Origin: Lama guanicoe
Taxonomy: Eukaryota
Assembly: GCA_013239625.1 (NCBI GenBank)
Contig: MU053934.1
Location: 8,639,352-8,703,351 of the forward strand
Direction: 5' to 3'
Length of the DNA: 64,000 bases
This document shows positions 1-12,371 of the stretch, piece after piece; the stretch's first letter is position 1; each line of letters begins with the position of its first letter. The translations under genes were made by a program, and so were the position numbers. The notes beneath the pieces were generated by a model. It was given only the letters and a program-made list of their open reading frames with translations. It had not been told where the DNA came from and did not search any database.

Positions 1-1273
1 CAGCTCCTAGGGACACAGCACTGACCTTGGTCAGAAGCCTCTCCCTGGAGGCCCAGTCCTGACTGTCCCTTGCCCAAACACCTTCCATAGCTCCCCATTG
101 CCAGCAAGTCACTGACAACCAAAGCTCAACTCCATGACTCAACATGGGAGGCCCCCAAAGGCCCACGTCTCCACCTCTGTGCCTGCTCCCGCCTCCCCCT
201 CCAGTGCTGCGAGGCCCGCGGTTCCAGCCTCCCACTGCCATCTGCCTGCAGTTCTCACCGGGATGCCCGTTCCCTGGGGCCTGCCTCCACCTTGGACTGC
301 CAAGACTGTCCACCCTCAGAGGCCTGCTTCAAGCACCACCTCCTCCAGGAAGGCCTCCCTGACCCCCAAGTAGGCATGGGCCTCTGCAGGGCTCTCAGAG
401 CTCCTGGGAATCCTTCTGACTCAGCCCAGTCACTCTGGGTTCGTCTGATTCCTCATCTGCCCCCTCCTGGAATCTGAGCCTCTTAGGGGCAGGACCTGTC
501 AAGTTCAACCCAGGCAGGCCCTCAGCGAGTGAGGCTGCTGTGAGGACAAGAGGGCCAGGGCAGCCCCTCCCTGTCCCCGAGTTGGGGGCCTCTGCCCAGC
601 CCTGTGGCCCCAGGACAGGCAGGAGCCGTGGTCACCTGTGCAGCTGGCAGCCCCCGGCAGCTCAGCAGCAGGTGCCCCACGGAGCTGAGCACCGGGTGGT
701 AACCCTCGGGCTTCTGCTCCGCGCCGGGCGCCACAGTAAAGGCTTTGTGCCGCCCAGTTCTGTCCTCACGGCCCCCAGGAGGCACCAGCATCCCCCCCCA
801 TTGGCAGACAGGCCGACTTGGCCAGGAAGGTTAACAGGCCAGGCGACTTGTCCGAAGTGCGGAGCCCAGTCAGGGGGCCCCGGCCCAGCGTCTGTGCCGT
901 CTCCCAGAGGGCACCGCTTGTGACCCACACTCAGAAGTCTTCATGACACGTGACCCAGTCCAGGAACAAACTGCTCACGAAACAATGCTTATGGTGTCTC
1001 TTGGTATTTTCTCTTCTGTTCTAGTCCAGCCTGGCTTATGTCATTAAAAAGAATTCCGGTCATAACTCACTAAATCGACTCCACAGCTCCTCCCGGTGTG
1101 GAAACCGTGTGTGGTGCAAATGTCTCCTCTGAAGGATGGGCAAAAGAGACGGGGGGGGGGGGAACTCCCACGTGGGTCACGCCCAGCTCAGTGCCCACCT
1201 AAAACCTCAGTGCTGAGGGGCCGCGGATGGACAGACAGACAGACACCCCGGGGCCTGCCCGTGGGTGGCTTAC

Positions 1274-1366
1274 CTGAGGTAGCACTGCCGCTCCTTGCCC
1301 GGCCAACCTCTGCAAGGAGCTGACCTGAGGACCCGTGACAGGCACTGCAGTGATGGTTCCCAAAGC
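1274..1366 (-). CDS. PHF21B: PHF21B coding exon 3 ([31 protein letters not shown])
   Basis: Acceptor CCTCCTCTGTCTTCCAG|, 93 nt in frame, donor CAG|GTAAGC. Continues the PHF21B sequence directly after ...SDKQ. Not present in the ORF track. Confidence 0.95.
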
Positions 1367-2269
1367 CTGGAAGACAGAGGAGGGCAGTGCTGAGATGGGA
1401 CATGACGCTGGGGTGCACGTGACCCTGCCCAGCCTGGAAACAGTGAGCTCTGCTCTCTCTCTGAATTACAAGTTGTTCAGTCACAAAAGTAACATGTATC
1501 ATGCAGGAACTTCTGGAAACCAGAGAAAGAACAGCATCCCAGAGAACAATCACCCTTTGTCCCACGTTAGCTGCCTTGTACGTACATTTCCTGTGTAGCT
1601 GCACAGAGAATTCTGTAACCGGTTTTTCCATTTTTTACTTAAACACATGTAAGATTTCCCGATGTGGCTACACTCTTCATAAATCACTCCTTTATCGTCT
1701 TTCATTCAGCAGATGTCATGGTATTTCCTCAACCAATCCCCTCCTCTTAAAAAAACTTGGTTTTTTCCCCATCCTTTTTTGATTAATAACCAGTGCTTGC
1801 AGCGCACATCTCTGTGATTGATGCCGTTGCCACATCACAGAGAATTTCTGCAAGGGTCTGAAAACAGGGGTCAGTGGGTGGGAATTTCAGGAGGCAGGAC
1901 TATGTGGGGCCCCTGATACAAGTCCCCACCAGGCTACTCAGGAGGCGTGACGACCAGGGCTCACTCTGACGCAGACACAGACCTCAGCCTCCCAGTCAGG
2001 GCTCTCTCCGCGCATGACCGGGCGGCCACAGCAGCAGCAGGGCGGGCACTTAGGGTAGGGAGACGGGCGGTGACACCCTCCCTGGGGCCCCAGGCCCACA
2101 CAGGTGCAGAGGCTGTGTTTCGGGGTGCCTGTCTACCTCAGGTCCCCTTTCTGGGAATCACCACAGTTCCACGCAGCTGCCGTGGTACCCACAGGCCTGC
2201 CTGATGGAGAGAGGCGCTCTCACTCGGAGCCAGCCAAGCCACCAGTGGCCAGTGACCAGGGAGGTTCTC

Positions 2270-5200
2270 TCTTGAACTTAGAAGCCGAAATTCTTAACAA
2301 AGTGTTAGCAAATCAACCCCAACAATAATAAAAAACGAGTAACACGTGCTGAACACACCGAACGCGCCCCGGGAACGCGAGGCTGCCCCATCGCGGGGAA
2401 GTCAGTCGGCAGAAAAATGATACGGTTCTCTCAACAGCTGCAGAGAGAGCACTGAGCAAAATTCAACGCATGAAAAAAATTTCAGCAAACTGGAATGAAA
2501 GATAACCTCCTTAACCTGATAAAGGGCATCTATAAAATGTGAGCCGCTACCCTCAGACTTAATGATGAGAGAGAACGCTTCTGCGCTGAGGTCAGGACTG
2601 AGGCAGGGTGTCCTCTCTCTCCACTCCTTGCCGCCCCTGGACTAGAAGTCCTAGCCGCTGCAATAAGCCAAGAAAAAGAAAGAAAAGGCCTTCAGATTAG
2701 GAAGAAATAAAACTGCCTCTGCAGATGGCAGTAGCATCTATGTAGAAACTCGTATGGACTCTACCAAAAAAAAAAGCTGTTAGAACTAATAAATGAGTTT
2801 AGTGAGGTTGCAGGATACAAGATCAACATAGAAAAAGCAACTGAATTTCTACATATTAGCACCAACATTTAGAAATTAAAAAATGTTTACTAGCCATTTG
2901 CAGTAGAATCAAGAAATAAGGAATTTCTTATTGAAATTTTAATGAGAGAAATTTTTAAAAGACCTACCTAAAGAGAGAGACACATCATAACCATGGATCA
3001 GAGGCTCAGTATCGTTAAGATGTCAGTTCTCCCCAAACTGATCTGTGGCTTCAATGCAACCTCCATTAAAATCTATCCCCCCCCAAAAGGGTAGAAATTG
3101 GCAAGATCCTTTCCAAATGCACGTGGAAATGCAAAGGACCCACAACAGCCAAAACAACTTGAAACAAACAAAAACAACATCAAACAAAGTAAAGGACTTA
3201 CACTTCCTGACTTCAAGACCTGGTATAAAGCTATTATAATCAAGACTGTGGTATAGGTGTTAAGTTACACAAATAGATCAACGAAACTGCGTAGAGTCCA
3301 GAAACAGACTCACACATATGGTCAACTGATTTTCAGCAAAGACTGCAAAGTCCACTAATTAAGTGGAAAAAGGACAATTGTTTCACAAATGGAGTTGGAA
3401 CAAGTGGATACCCATAAAAACAAACGAAAACATAACTTCAATCCATACCATGCACATATTGAAAAAAAAACAACAGGTGGATCAGAGACCTAAATGTAAA
3501 GTCTAAAACTATAAAACTTCCAGAAGAAAACATAGGAGAAAATCTTTGGGGCTGTGGGTTAGGCAAGAGTCTTAGATACCACACCAAAAGCGTCATCCAT
3601 CTAAGAACAAATTAATAAGCTGAACTTCAAAAAAATTAAAAACTATTGAAGCTGGAAAGACAGTGTTAGGGGAATGAAAGAACGAGCCACAGACTGGGGG
3701 AAAAAAACATGAGCAAATCACCTCTCTGACAGAAGCTTGTATCCAGAACATATAGAAGAACTCTCAAAACTCAATAACTAGAAAACTAACAACCCAATTT
3801 AAAAATAGTTTGAACAGATAATTCACTAACGAAGATATGCTGATGGCAAATAAGCAAATGAAAAGATACTAAACACCATTTGTGATTAGGGAAATATGAA
3901 CTAATCCACAGTAAAGACCACTACGCACCCATTCAGATGGCTACAATGAAAAGGCAGACAAGTCCAGAGCTGGTAAGGATGTGGAGCAGGGCCCCCATCA
4001 CTCTTGGGAACATAAAGTGGTGTGGTCACACTGGAACTCAGTTCGGCAGTTTTGTAAAAAGTTACACATGCTTGTACTGCTGTGGACTGGGTGTCAGTGT
4101 CCTCCCAGAATTATGAGGAAACTAACCCCCAGGGTGACGGTATTTGGAGATGAGGCTTTGGGGTGACCAGGCCGTACGGGTGGGGCCGTCATGATGGGTC
4201 AGCGCCCTTATAAGGAGAGACTTGAGAGGGCTTGCTTCCCCCGCCTCCTGCCAGGTGAAGACACAGCAAGAAGGAGTCTGCCATGATCTGAGTGTGTCCC
4301 CCTAAAAGTCACCTGATGGAGTTACAAGGCCGGGCCTTTAGGGGGTGCTTAAGCTCTGAGGGTGGAATCCTGATGAAATGAATGGGATTAGTGCCCAAAA
4401 AGAGGCTCCAGAGAGTCCTAGCCCTTCCCCCAGGAAAGAATACAATGAAAAGTCTGCAGCCAGAAAGAGAGCCCTCACCTGACAGTGCTGGCACCCTGAT
4501 CTCCGAAGCCCGGCCTCTAGAACGGTGAGCAATGAACCGCCGATTACAGTGAGCTACTGAGTCTCCTGTGTTTTGTTACAGCAGCTAGAACAGACCGAGA
4601 AAGCATCCATCTGCAAACCAGGAAGAGGGTTCGCACCACAAACAAAACTAGCCAACACCTTCATCTTGGGCTTCTCCAGAACGGTGAGACAGAAATGTTT
4701 ATTGTTAAAGCCACCAAGTAGATCATATTTTTGTCACAGCAGTCCTGACTAAAACACTCTACTTCTAGGCATTACCCATGAGAAATGACAGCACATTTCC
4801 AGACAGAGGCTTGTTCGTGAACATTCACAGCAGCTCTCCTGTGATAACCCAAACTGGAAACAGCCCAAACATACATCAGTGGCTCTGCAGATGAACAAAC
4901 TGTGGTATGTCCATCCGATGGAATATTACTCGGCCATGAAAAAGGAACCAAGCAATTGATACATGTAACATAGATGAATCTCAACATAATTTTGCTGAGT
5001 GGAAGGACCCAGACAAGAAAGGAGGATGTTTTATTGTATGAGGCCATTCATATGAAATTCCAGAAAATGCAAATTAATCTAAAGGGACAGAAAACAGATC
5101 AGGGGGTATATGGAGGTGGGGAGAGGAGGAGGAAGGTGTTTCAAAGGAGAAACTTCTGAGGGTGAAGGGTGCGTTTACTATCTTGATTCTGGTGATGGTT

Positions 5201-5285
5201 TCACAGGTGTGCATCTGTCAAACATATAGCACACTCTAAATATGTATATTGTATATGTTACTCCAACAAAGCTGCTAAAAATAAA
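2270..5285 (+). mobile_element. Old L1 (L1M-type) ORF2 3' half and 3' UTR, interrupted by nested LTRs at about 4078-4756
   Basis: Degenerate ORF2-like peptide (AEILNKVLANQPQQ), A-rich plus strand, typical L1 motifs (e.g. gacctaaatgtaaa...actataaaactt). L1 sequence resumes after 4756. Confidence 0.85.
4078..4756 (+). mobile_element. Two nested MaLR (MLT1/MST-type) LTRs: outer 4078-4278 plus about 4603-4756, inner about 4279-4602
   Basis: Two MaLR-like starts (tgctgtggactg..., tgccatgatctgagtgtgtcccc) and two MaLR-like ends (tttgttacagcagc...gaccgaga; ttttgtcacagcag...gactaaaaca). Confidence 0.75.
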
Positions 5286-5593
5286 CTCCTTTCCTCTTTC
5301 CCCCCTTATTGCTCTCTGCCCCTGGAATGAGTGTCATCCTTCCCCAGATAACACAGCAGAGGGTCTCAGGCCCCACAAGTTCCAGAGCTGCTTGTCCCAA
5401 TAATGATAAGATGGTTCCTCCCTCCTCTGGAACGTGCCACTTGGCCCAAGTGGGCAAAACTCTGAGGTTCACATCCTTCCAGCCAGCTGCCTGCCTCTGC
5501 ATGGAGCCAAATTATCCATATTTACCTATAAATTCACTGTGGACATGTGGTGGAATGGAGCTTTACATGCAAGACAGAGGGCATTAAAAACAG

Positions 5594-6089
5594 GTGTGGG
5601 ATAAAGAAGTTGTATATTTACAATGGAATACTACTCAGCCATAAAAAAGAATAAAATAATGCCATCTGCAGCAACATGGATGGACCTGGAGATAGTTATT
5701 CTAAGTGAAGTAAGCCAGAAAAAGAAAGAAAAATATCATACAATATCACATGTAAGTGGAATTTAAAAAAAAAGACACAAATGAACTTATTTACAAAGCA
5801 GAAACAGACTCACAGACCTAGAAAACAAACTTATAGTTACCAGGGGGAGAAAGGGAGTGGGAAGGGATAAACTGGGAGTTCAAGATTTACAGATACTAAC
5901 TACTATATATAAAATAAACAAGTTTATATTGTAAAGCACAGGGAACTATATTCAATATCCTGTAGCGACCTATGATGGAAAAGAATATGAAAAGGAATAC
6001 ATGTATATGTATATATATATATGACTGAAACACCATGCTGTACAACAGAAACTGACACATTGTAAACTGACTATACTTCAATTAAAAAA
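5594..6089 (+). mobile_element. Relatively young 5'-truncated L1 3' end with poly(A) and TSD
   Basis: L1 3' motifs (tactactcagccataaaaaagaat...gcaacatggatggacctggag) and a poly(A) tail. AAAAACAG at 5586-5593 and 6090-6097 with a TT|AAAA endonuclease context. Confidence 0.9.
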
Positions 6090-9000
6090 AAAAACAGACG
6101 CAGTCACTTTATGAGAAAGCGTCTCCATCCACTGTGCCATTTCCTGTCTCCCTCCAGCACTGCCCTGTGCCCACATTCTCAAAGATCCTGCCCTGGCTTC
6201 CGTAAAGGAAGGGAAGGCTGTGCCCTCCCCCTTGCCAGACCTGCTGTCACATCAGCGTCACCCGCGCAGCCTGTCTGCGGTCAGATCCCTGGGCCCGGCC
6301 TAGACTTGCGCAGGTGGGAGGCAGGCTTGGGGGAAGCACTATTTGATTAACGAGCTTCCAGGTGATTCTGCCAACGTGGGGGCCATGGGCCAAAAAGAAG
6401 CTGGGCTGTCCCTCCAGCAGGTTCGGCAATGAAAGGCCCGCAGGTGTGCCATCACTCCATCAGTGGGTGGAGCCACGTGGACCCCTAGGAGCAGGGATTC
6501 ACGCGTGGGTGATGGGCCCCAGAACCACTAAGACAAATCCAGGTCCAGCACCTACAGGAGCCAGAGAGCAGGCACGAAGCTGCTTTCCCTGGGGACTCCC
6601 TGCCAGTGAAGATCTCCAAACAAGCACTCTGGATGAGGGGCGTGTGTGCCTGCGCTTTCCTGGCTTGTGTGCACCTTCGAGTCTGCGAGGAGAGGCGTGA
6701 GGGCAGCTGTGTGTCCGTGTCTGGGCACATTACTGCACCAGCCATTTGGTTCTCTGGCATCCACCTTGGGGCATGTGCCCTGTTGTGTTTCCATATGGAT
6801 TCTTTTCTGGGTACCTCTTCTGCTCTGTGTCCATGGGTCTCGCAGGCACCAGTGTCTGTGGTTCTAAGCCTTCCTTCCAGACTGGCACTCAGCACTCTCT
6901 CCCGTCTTAGGACATCGGCGACTTCTGTCCATGGGCCTTAGAAATTCACAGCCAGGGAAGGGGAGGGGGGACCACAAGAGGGAGGGATGGGCCGAGGCTG
7001 CTGGAGAGGCAGAGCCCTCGAGGGTGGGGTGGGTCGGGGGAAAGACAGGGGGCGCTTCAGTTTGACCGCATTCTCAAATACTCAGTTACTAAGAAAAAGA
7101 CACTAGGGGAAAACGCTGAACACCTGTGGGATGTTCACAGCCCAAAGCATTCACCTCCCGACTCCCGCCCAATGGCCGCATTCACATCGCTGCCTGGGCC
7201 TCGAGGTGCCCGGCAGCTCTTTAAGGAGCATCTCCAGTGTGCGGGGTGCCCTCTGGGCCCGGGCAGCAGGAGGAGCGCAGACGACCCGACAACTCCCCGG
7301 GTCACAGCCCGAAGTCCCAGGCTTCTGGGGGGGAGCTTGCTACAAGCAGGCTGCTGAGCGGACCCTCGGCCGCACCGCTTCTGGGAGCGGTGGGCTTCCC
7401 CCCAGGTCACCACGGCCCGTCCACGGCCGTCCACCTCCCGTCTGTGCTCCAGGGCTTCCAGGCGCCCTCCAGTCGCCATCTATTTGCTTCTCTTGCTCGA
7501 AGGCCGACCCCGGAGTGCGTTCTTCCACGTCCCTATAAACCTTTAATTAACAAGCTGAAGAGACATTTCATCTGGCAGGGGCTGACCTTTCTGCTCCGAG
7601 GCGGAATTTATCGGTAGCGGCAGAAACAATCATCTCAGAGACTATTTCACAAGCACCGGAGAGTTTATAGCCGCACTTTTGTCAAGATAAATGAGCTCCT
7701 TATGACTACGCTTACAGCTCTAAGCATTTTAATAGGGAGAAAAAAGGGCCATAAAAGTCAAAGATAACTTCGCATTTTTCCTGCATCGGTGGAGTCCCGG
7801 GGGCAGCCTGCGACGCCGGGGAGAAGCTCAGTCACGGCCGAGGCAGGTGGGAGGTACCGAGGAGACAGGCGGCGTGCCGACTGTACTCGCGGTGGGGAGC
7901 TGGGCTCACAAGCTGGCTCTGACACCCGCTGTGTGTGCCCCTTAGCTCCCCGCACCCAATCTCCTCTTCCACGACACGGGGAGTTCCTGCTGCACCAGGC
8001 AGAAGAGGGTCAAAGAGATGGGTGCCAAGGAGTCAGCACTGCGCCCGGTGTGCGTCCCGCTCCGTGAGCGCTGGGTAGGGGGAGCGGGCAGCCCCGGCCG
8101 TGCCCGGAACTGGGGAGGGACAGGAGGGTGCTAAGGGTGTGCCCGGGAGGAAGGTACACCCTGGGGCCCTGGCGGAATGCACGGGGCTGGACCGGCGGCA
8201 CAGCCTCGGGCCTGCTAAGCTGACTCCAAGGGCTCCGACAGCAGGGGGACTGGCAGGCACCACAGGCAGCACCAGAACCGGAGGCCAAGCAGAGACAAGA
8301 ACCACACGACCAGCTCACGGTGGTCGAGTCTCCCACGCGCCACGGCCCCGGACACGCGCGGGTCAGGGAGCTCAGTCCTCCAGACTCTCTGTCCTCCCTG
8401 CAGGAGTGGAGGCGGTGGGGGGTCACAGTGCATCCCCCCACCCACCCACGCGGCCTCTCAGCCCCTCCCCCAGGCCGCCGCTGTGGGACACTCAGGAGGG
8501 CTGGGTTTCTTCTCGCCTGCATACCAGTGTTGGTATCGACACAGATCTGCAGGTAAAACTGTAGAAAAACACACAGGGAAGCCCACCCACAGCACGCCCT
8601 GCCCCCACCACGTGAGCACACACCTGAAATGCCAGGACATCCCCCGCGGAGCCGTGTCACTGGGACCTGCCGCACACGGCTGCACCAACCTCCCACTGCC
8701 CCCAAACACGAGGCCACCGCCTGGTTTCCCCAGGGGAGGAGGTGGGGACTCTCATGCCCCCGTGCCTTTCGTATGAGGTCACCCAAGCTGCTGTGTCCCC
8801 CCCAGGCCATCCGCACACCACCAGGTTCCAGGTACAGCCTCCAATCCCCAGCCAGTTCTTCCAGACTAGGGGGAGCCTGTTGCTCCGACGTACTGCACAC
8901 CCCGACATCACAGAGCCGTCCAGCAGTCCTCGTTGGAGGATGCCATGTGTTTCCAATCCAGACCTCATTGAATAAGGGGGACAAGGCTCTTGAGAGGTTC

Positions 9001-12000
9001 GACCCCCATCCCAGGGCAGCCAGGGGGCTGGTCTTTGTCCGCTGAAGCCCTGAGGCTGGGAGGGGCACCCCCAGGTCCCCCTGCAGACCCAGCCTTTGCC
9101 CTTTGCCGAGGAGTGGGCGGGTCCTCCGTACCCTCAGCACCCATCACAGGATATGGTTCATGGTTCCTGGTTCCTTCCAGGGAAAACCCTCACTGAATAG
9201 TGGAAAAAGCAGCCCCCCAACCCCCTGAGAGGCTTCTGAAAGCACAGCCCCAAACTGGCCCAGGGGAAAGGTCTGCGCCCTGAGCGGCCGGGGGACACGG
9301 CGCCTAGACTGGAGCAGCCTGTTGCTGAGTTGAAACAACACGGTTTCGCACCACGCCTGGCCTGGGAGGCCCTTGGCCAGGCCTCTGTGTCTCTTCATCG
9401 CCCACCGGGGAAGAAAAAGCAGAAGTTGAGTTTTGCTAAAGGAAGCCATCAGGTGCTGGGTTCCCCTTGCATTTACTGGAACACTCTGCCATGTCTACCT
9501 CCCCACCGAGGGATGCCGAGGCCAGGGGCTGGATGTCACACCACAACCACGCGGCCAGTCTATGGTAGGGCCCGATCTCACCGGAGCCTGAGCCCTTGGC
9601 CACCACGGGAACCCCAAACATCGGAGGGTTCCTGGGGCCCGTACACCCTCAGTCCCCAAACATCCTTACTGACCTGCCCCCTGGTTTCATTCCAGGTGAG
9701 TCCATCCCCAGCCCCTGCTTGGCATCACCCCCTGCTCAGCTGCCCTGCCCACAAACATCCTTGTGGTGCAAGGTGAGTCCTGGGCTGAGATTCTGAGCCA
9801 AAGGAGAGAATTCAGGACTTGGAGCTCAGGGGGCAGGAGGGCAAGCGAGCGCCTCCCAGGAGCTGGTGCCCCTGGCGTGATCAGCAGGGGAGCCGAGGCC
9901 AGGTCATGGCCTGACTCCTAAGGAGCTCAGACTACATCCCCGGAGCAGCGGTCCCCGAGGAATGCGGCTACACCACACAGAGACGAATGTTCCTCCTCAT
10001 CTGACCTGGGCAGCTGGGCCCCAGTCAGCACTGTGGACACGGAGCAGGAGTTCCTGGGAGCCTGGCTCCCCTGCAGGAGGAGGAAGTGCCCTGTATCCCA
10101 AGTGCCCTGTATTGGGGCACAAACCACTATTAACTTCGTCTGGGAGGCTGATGTCCCACAGGGGCCCAGGGCACTCACTGCCAGGTCTGCGTGCTGAGCG
10201 GGGCTTCAAGGACCGCAGTGTCCCCTTCTCCAGCACCTCCGATGACCAGGAAAACATGTGCTGAGCTGACCAGAGCAGGGCTCCTGCTTTCTGCACCCCA
10301 CGAGGCTCCTGCCTCCGCCTGGCTGGGTGGGGAGAGTGGGGCAGCAGCCCCAGGCCTCTGAGAGCCACACAGGACAGCCCAGGAGGAGCCCGCTTCCAGG
10401 CCGCGGGCCGGCCGAGCGGCGGCACAGCTTCTCGAGCTGCAGTCCTCCCTGCCTCCCTGCACCCCTGTGACGTGGGGCAGAGGTAAGCGTGGGGCTCCAA
10501 CATCCGTAAGTGCCAATAAATGTTAACATCACACAAGCACCACTCTTACCGTCGTGTGAAACCAGTTTATTATTCACAGATGAAACCTGACCGCCGCCTT
10601 TATTGCTGCAGAGGAGACGGGGTAGTTCCGTGTGCTCCTGGCGGGCTCTGCCAGCCCCAGCTCGGGGCCCCCGCGCCTGCTCCCTGCCTCCACTAGCCCT
10701 GAGCTTGTCCACGGGGGGCTGTCAGGGGCCTTTGGGGTTCATGTGAAAACCCAGGGAAAGGCACAACTCCCTTCGCTGCCCCGTGTCTTGGAAGTCCCCC
10801 TCCTCCTGGCCCAGGTCGTATCTACAGCTGAGACCCAGCACACACCCGGAGCACGTGTTACCGGTGGGGGCCAACCAACCCGCACTCGAATTTCATCCCG
10901 TCCTCACCTCCGGAGCAGGGGATCAAGAACCACCTTCTCTGTTCCCAGGACCAGAGGGGCGGGCAGGAGGCACCCGGCCCAGAGCCACGGGTGTGATTCA
11001 TTCAGTGGGTCCTCAGTTCACAGATGCCTGTTAGGGACCCTGGGTGGTGACAAGGGAGGCGGAGGGAAGGACTCGAGGGGGATGGCAATGGCAGGAGGGC
11101 AACGAGGTCTCCTGATGAAGGGGGGACAAGCATGCCCAGGCCTGTGGGTCCCCCGCTGGGCACTCCTGAGGCCACCCGTGCCCATGTGCACAGGGACCAC
11201 ACGGGAGCAGGTTCACAACAGTGTCTGCGATGGGGAAGACTGGGAACAGCTCGGCTGTCCCCTGGGACAGATCAACTGGAATGTTCTCATGATGGAAAAG
11301 AGGCGTCGGGGAGTCCACGCAGGCTCTTGGCTGGAGGGGCAGGGGGTCCGAGTGGCTCACAGCGCTGCGCAGACCTGTTTAGATCTCCCCTCCCAGGACC
11401 AGCCGTGGTCGTCAGGCTCTTGTCCACAGGCACCCACACCCACTGGCCCCTGCCCTGGGCATCCTGCCCTCTCCCCAGGTCTGGGGCGTGCTCCCCAGTG
11501 CTCAGCAGCTCCTGGGAGAGGGGAGCTACACCCCGGGGCCTCTCAGGAGACCGCAACACCGAGTCTTGAAAACAAGCACCCTCCTCCAAAACCCGCTTCT
11601 TCAAGCCCCTCACGGGGAGTCATTTTCTGAAGCTCCGATTCTAGGGACGCTGCCTACTCCCCGCCCCAAAGCAAACCTGTTTACTGAGCACCTGGGGCGG
11701 GTGGGGGCACAGCTGCCAGCACAGGGGGCTCCAGCCAGGCTGGGTCCTGGTGACCCTGGCCGAGCAGGGCTGGCCGAGGCAGGCTGCCCGGGGCCACTTA
11801 ACCAATGCAGTGGTCTTTACAGAGGAGGCCATTCTTAATCAGAAAGCCCCAGAAAACACAAGTGGCTACTCTGTGCTGACATTTAAAACACCCTTTTGGC
11901 AACACCCAGTGTGGCAAAGTGGTTTAATTAACTTGAAAGGGTGTAATTTTACGCTATTTAGTAGGAAATACACATTCCAAATGGCATCGTGGACTAAGAA

Positions 12001-12250
12001 TTGGGGGCTGTGATCTTCAGAGTGTGAAAAAAACCAGCCATGAGTCCCTGGCAACCACAGGTGTGGGGTTGGGAGGCCGTGAGGGTGGGGCATGCTGGAA
12101 ACTTCCCTACAGACAGCAGCCTCGGAAGCCGGAAGCCGCACCAGCTCTGGGGCGGGGCGTCCGCAAGGCCGCAGCCCGTCAACTCACCTGGGAAACAAAC
12201 GCAGCGTCTGAAGAAGAACTGGCCTGGCGGGGGGGGGGGGGGGGCCATTC

Positions 12251-12371
12251 NNNNNNNNNNNNNNNNNNNNNNNNNNNNNNNNNNNNNNNNNNNNNNNNNN
12301 NNNNNNNNNNNNNNNNNNNNNNNNNNNNNNNNNNNNNNNNNNNNNNNNNNNNNNNNNNNNNNNNNNNNNNN
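12251..12371. other. Assembly gap (121 N) between G-runs
   Basis: N run with poly-G close on both sides. Confidence 0.99.

Noticed and set aside
1..1273. PHF21B exon 4 (recalled as VRPKTLIP...)
   Set aside because: Not found by eye on the minus strand; presumably lies outside the window.
8010..9140. 376-aa ORF on the minus strand
   Set aside because: Gly/Arg/Pro/Cys-rich with no recognisable domain and many overlapping ORFs in all frames. Expected from stop-codon scarcity in GC-rich intron sequence.
10632..11630. 332-aa ORF on the plus strand
   Set aside because: Non-ATG start, GC-biased composition and no recognisable homology.
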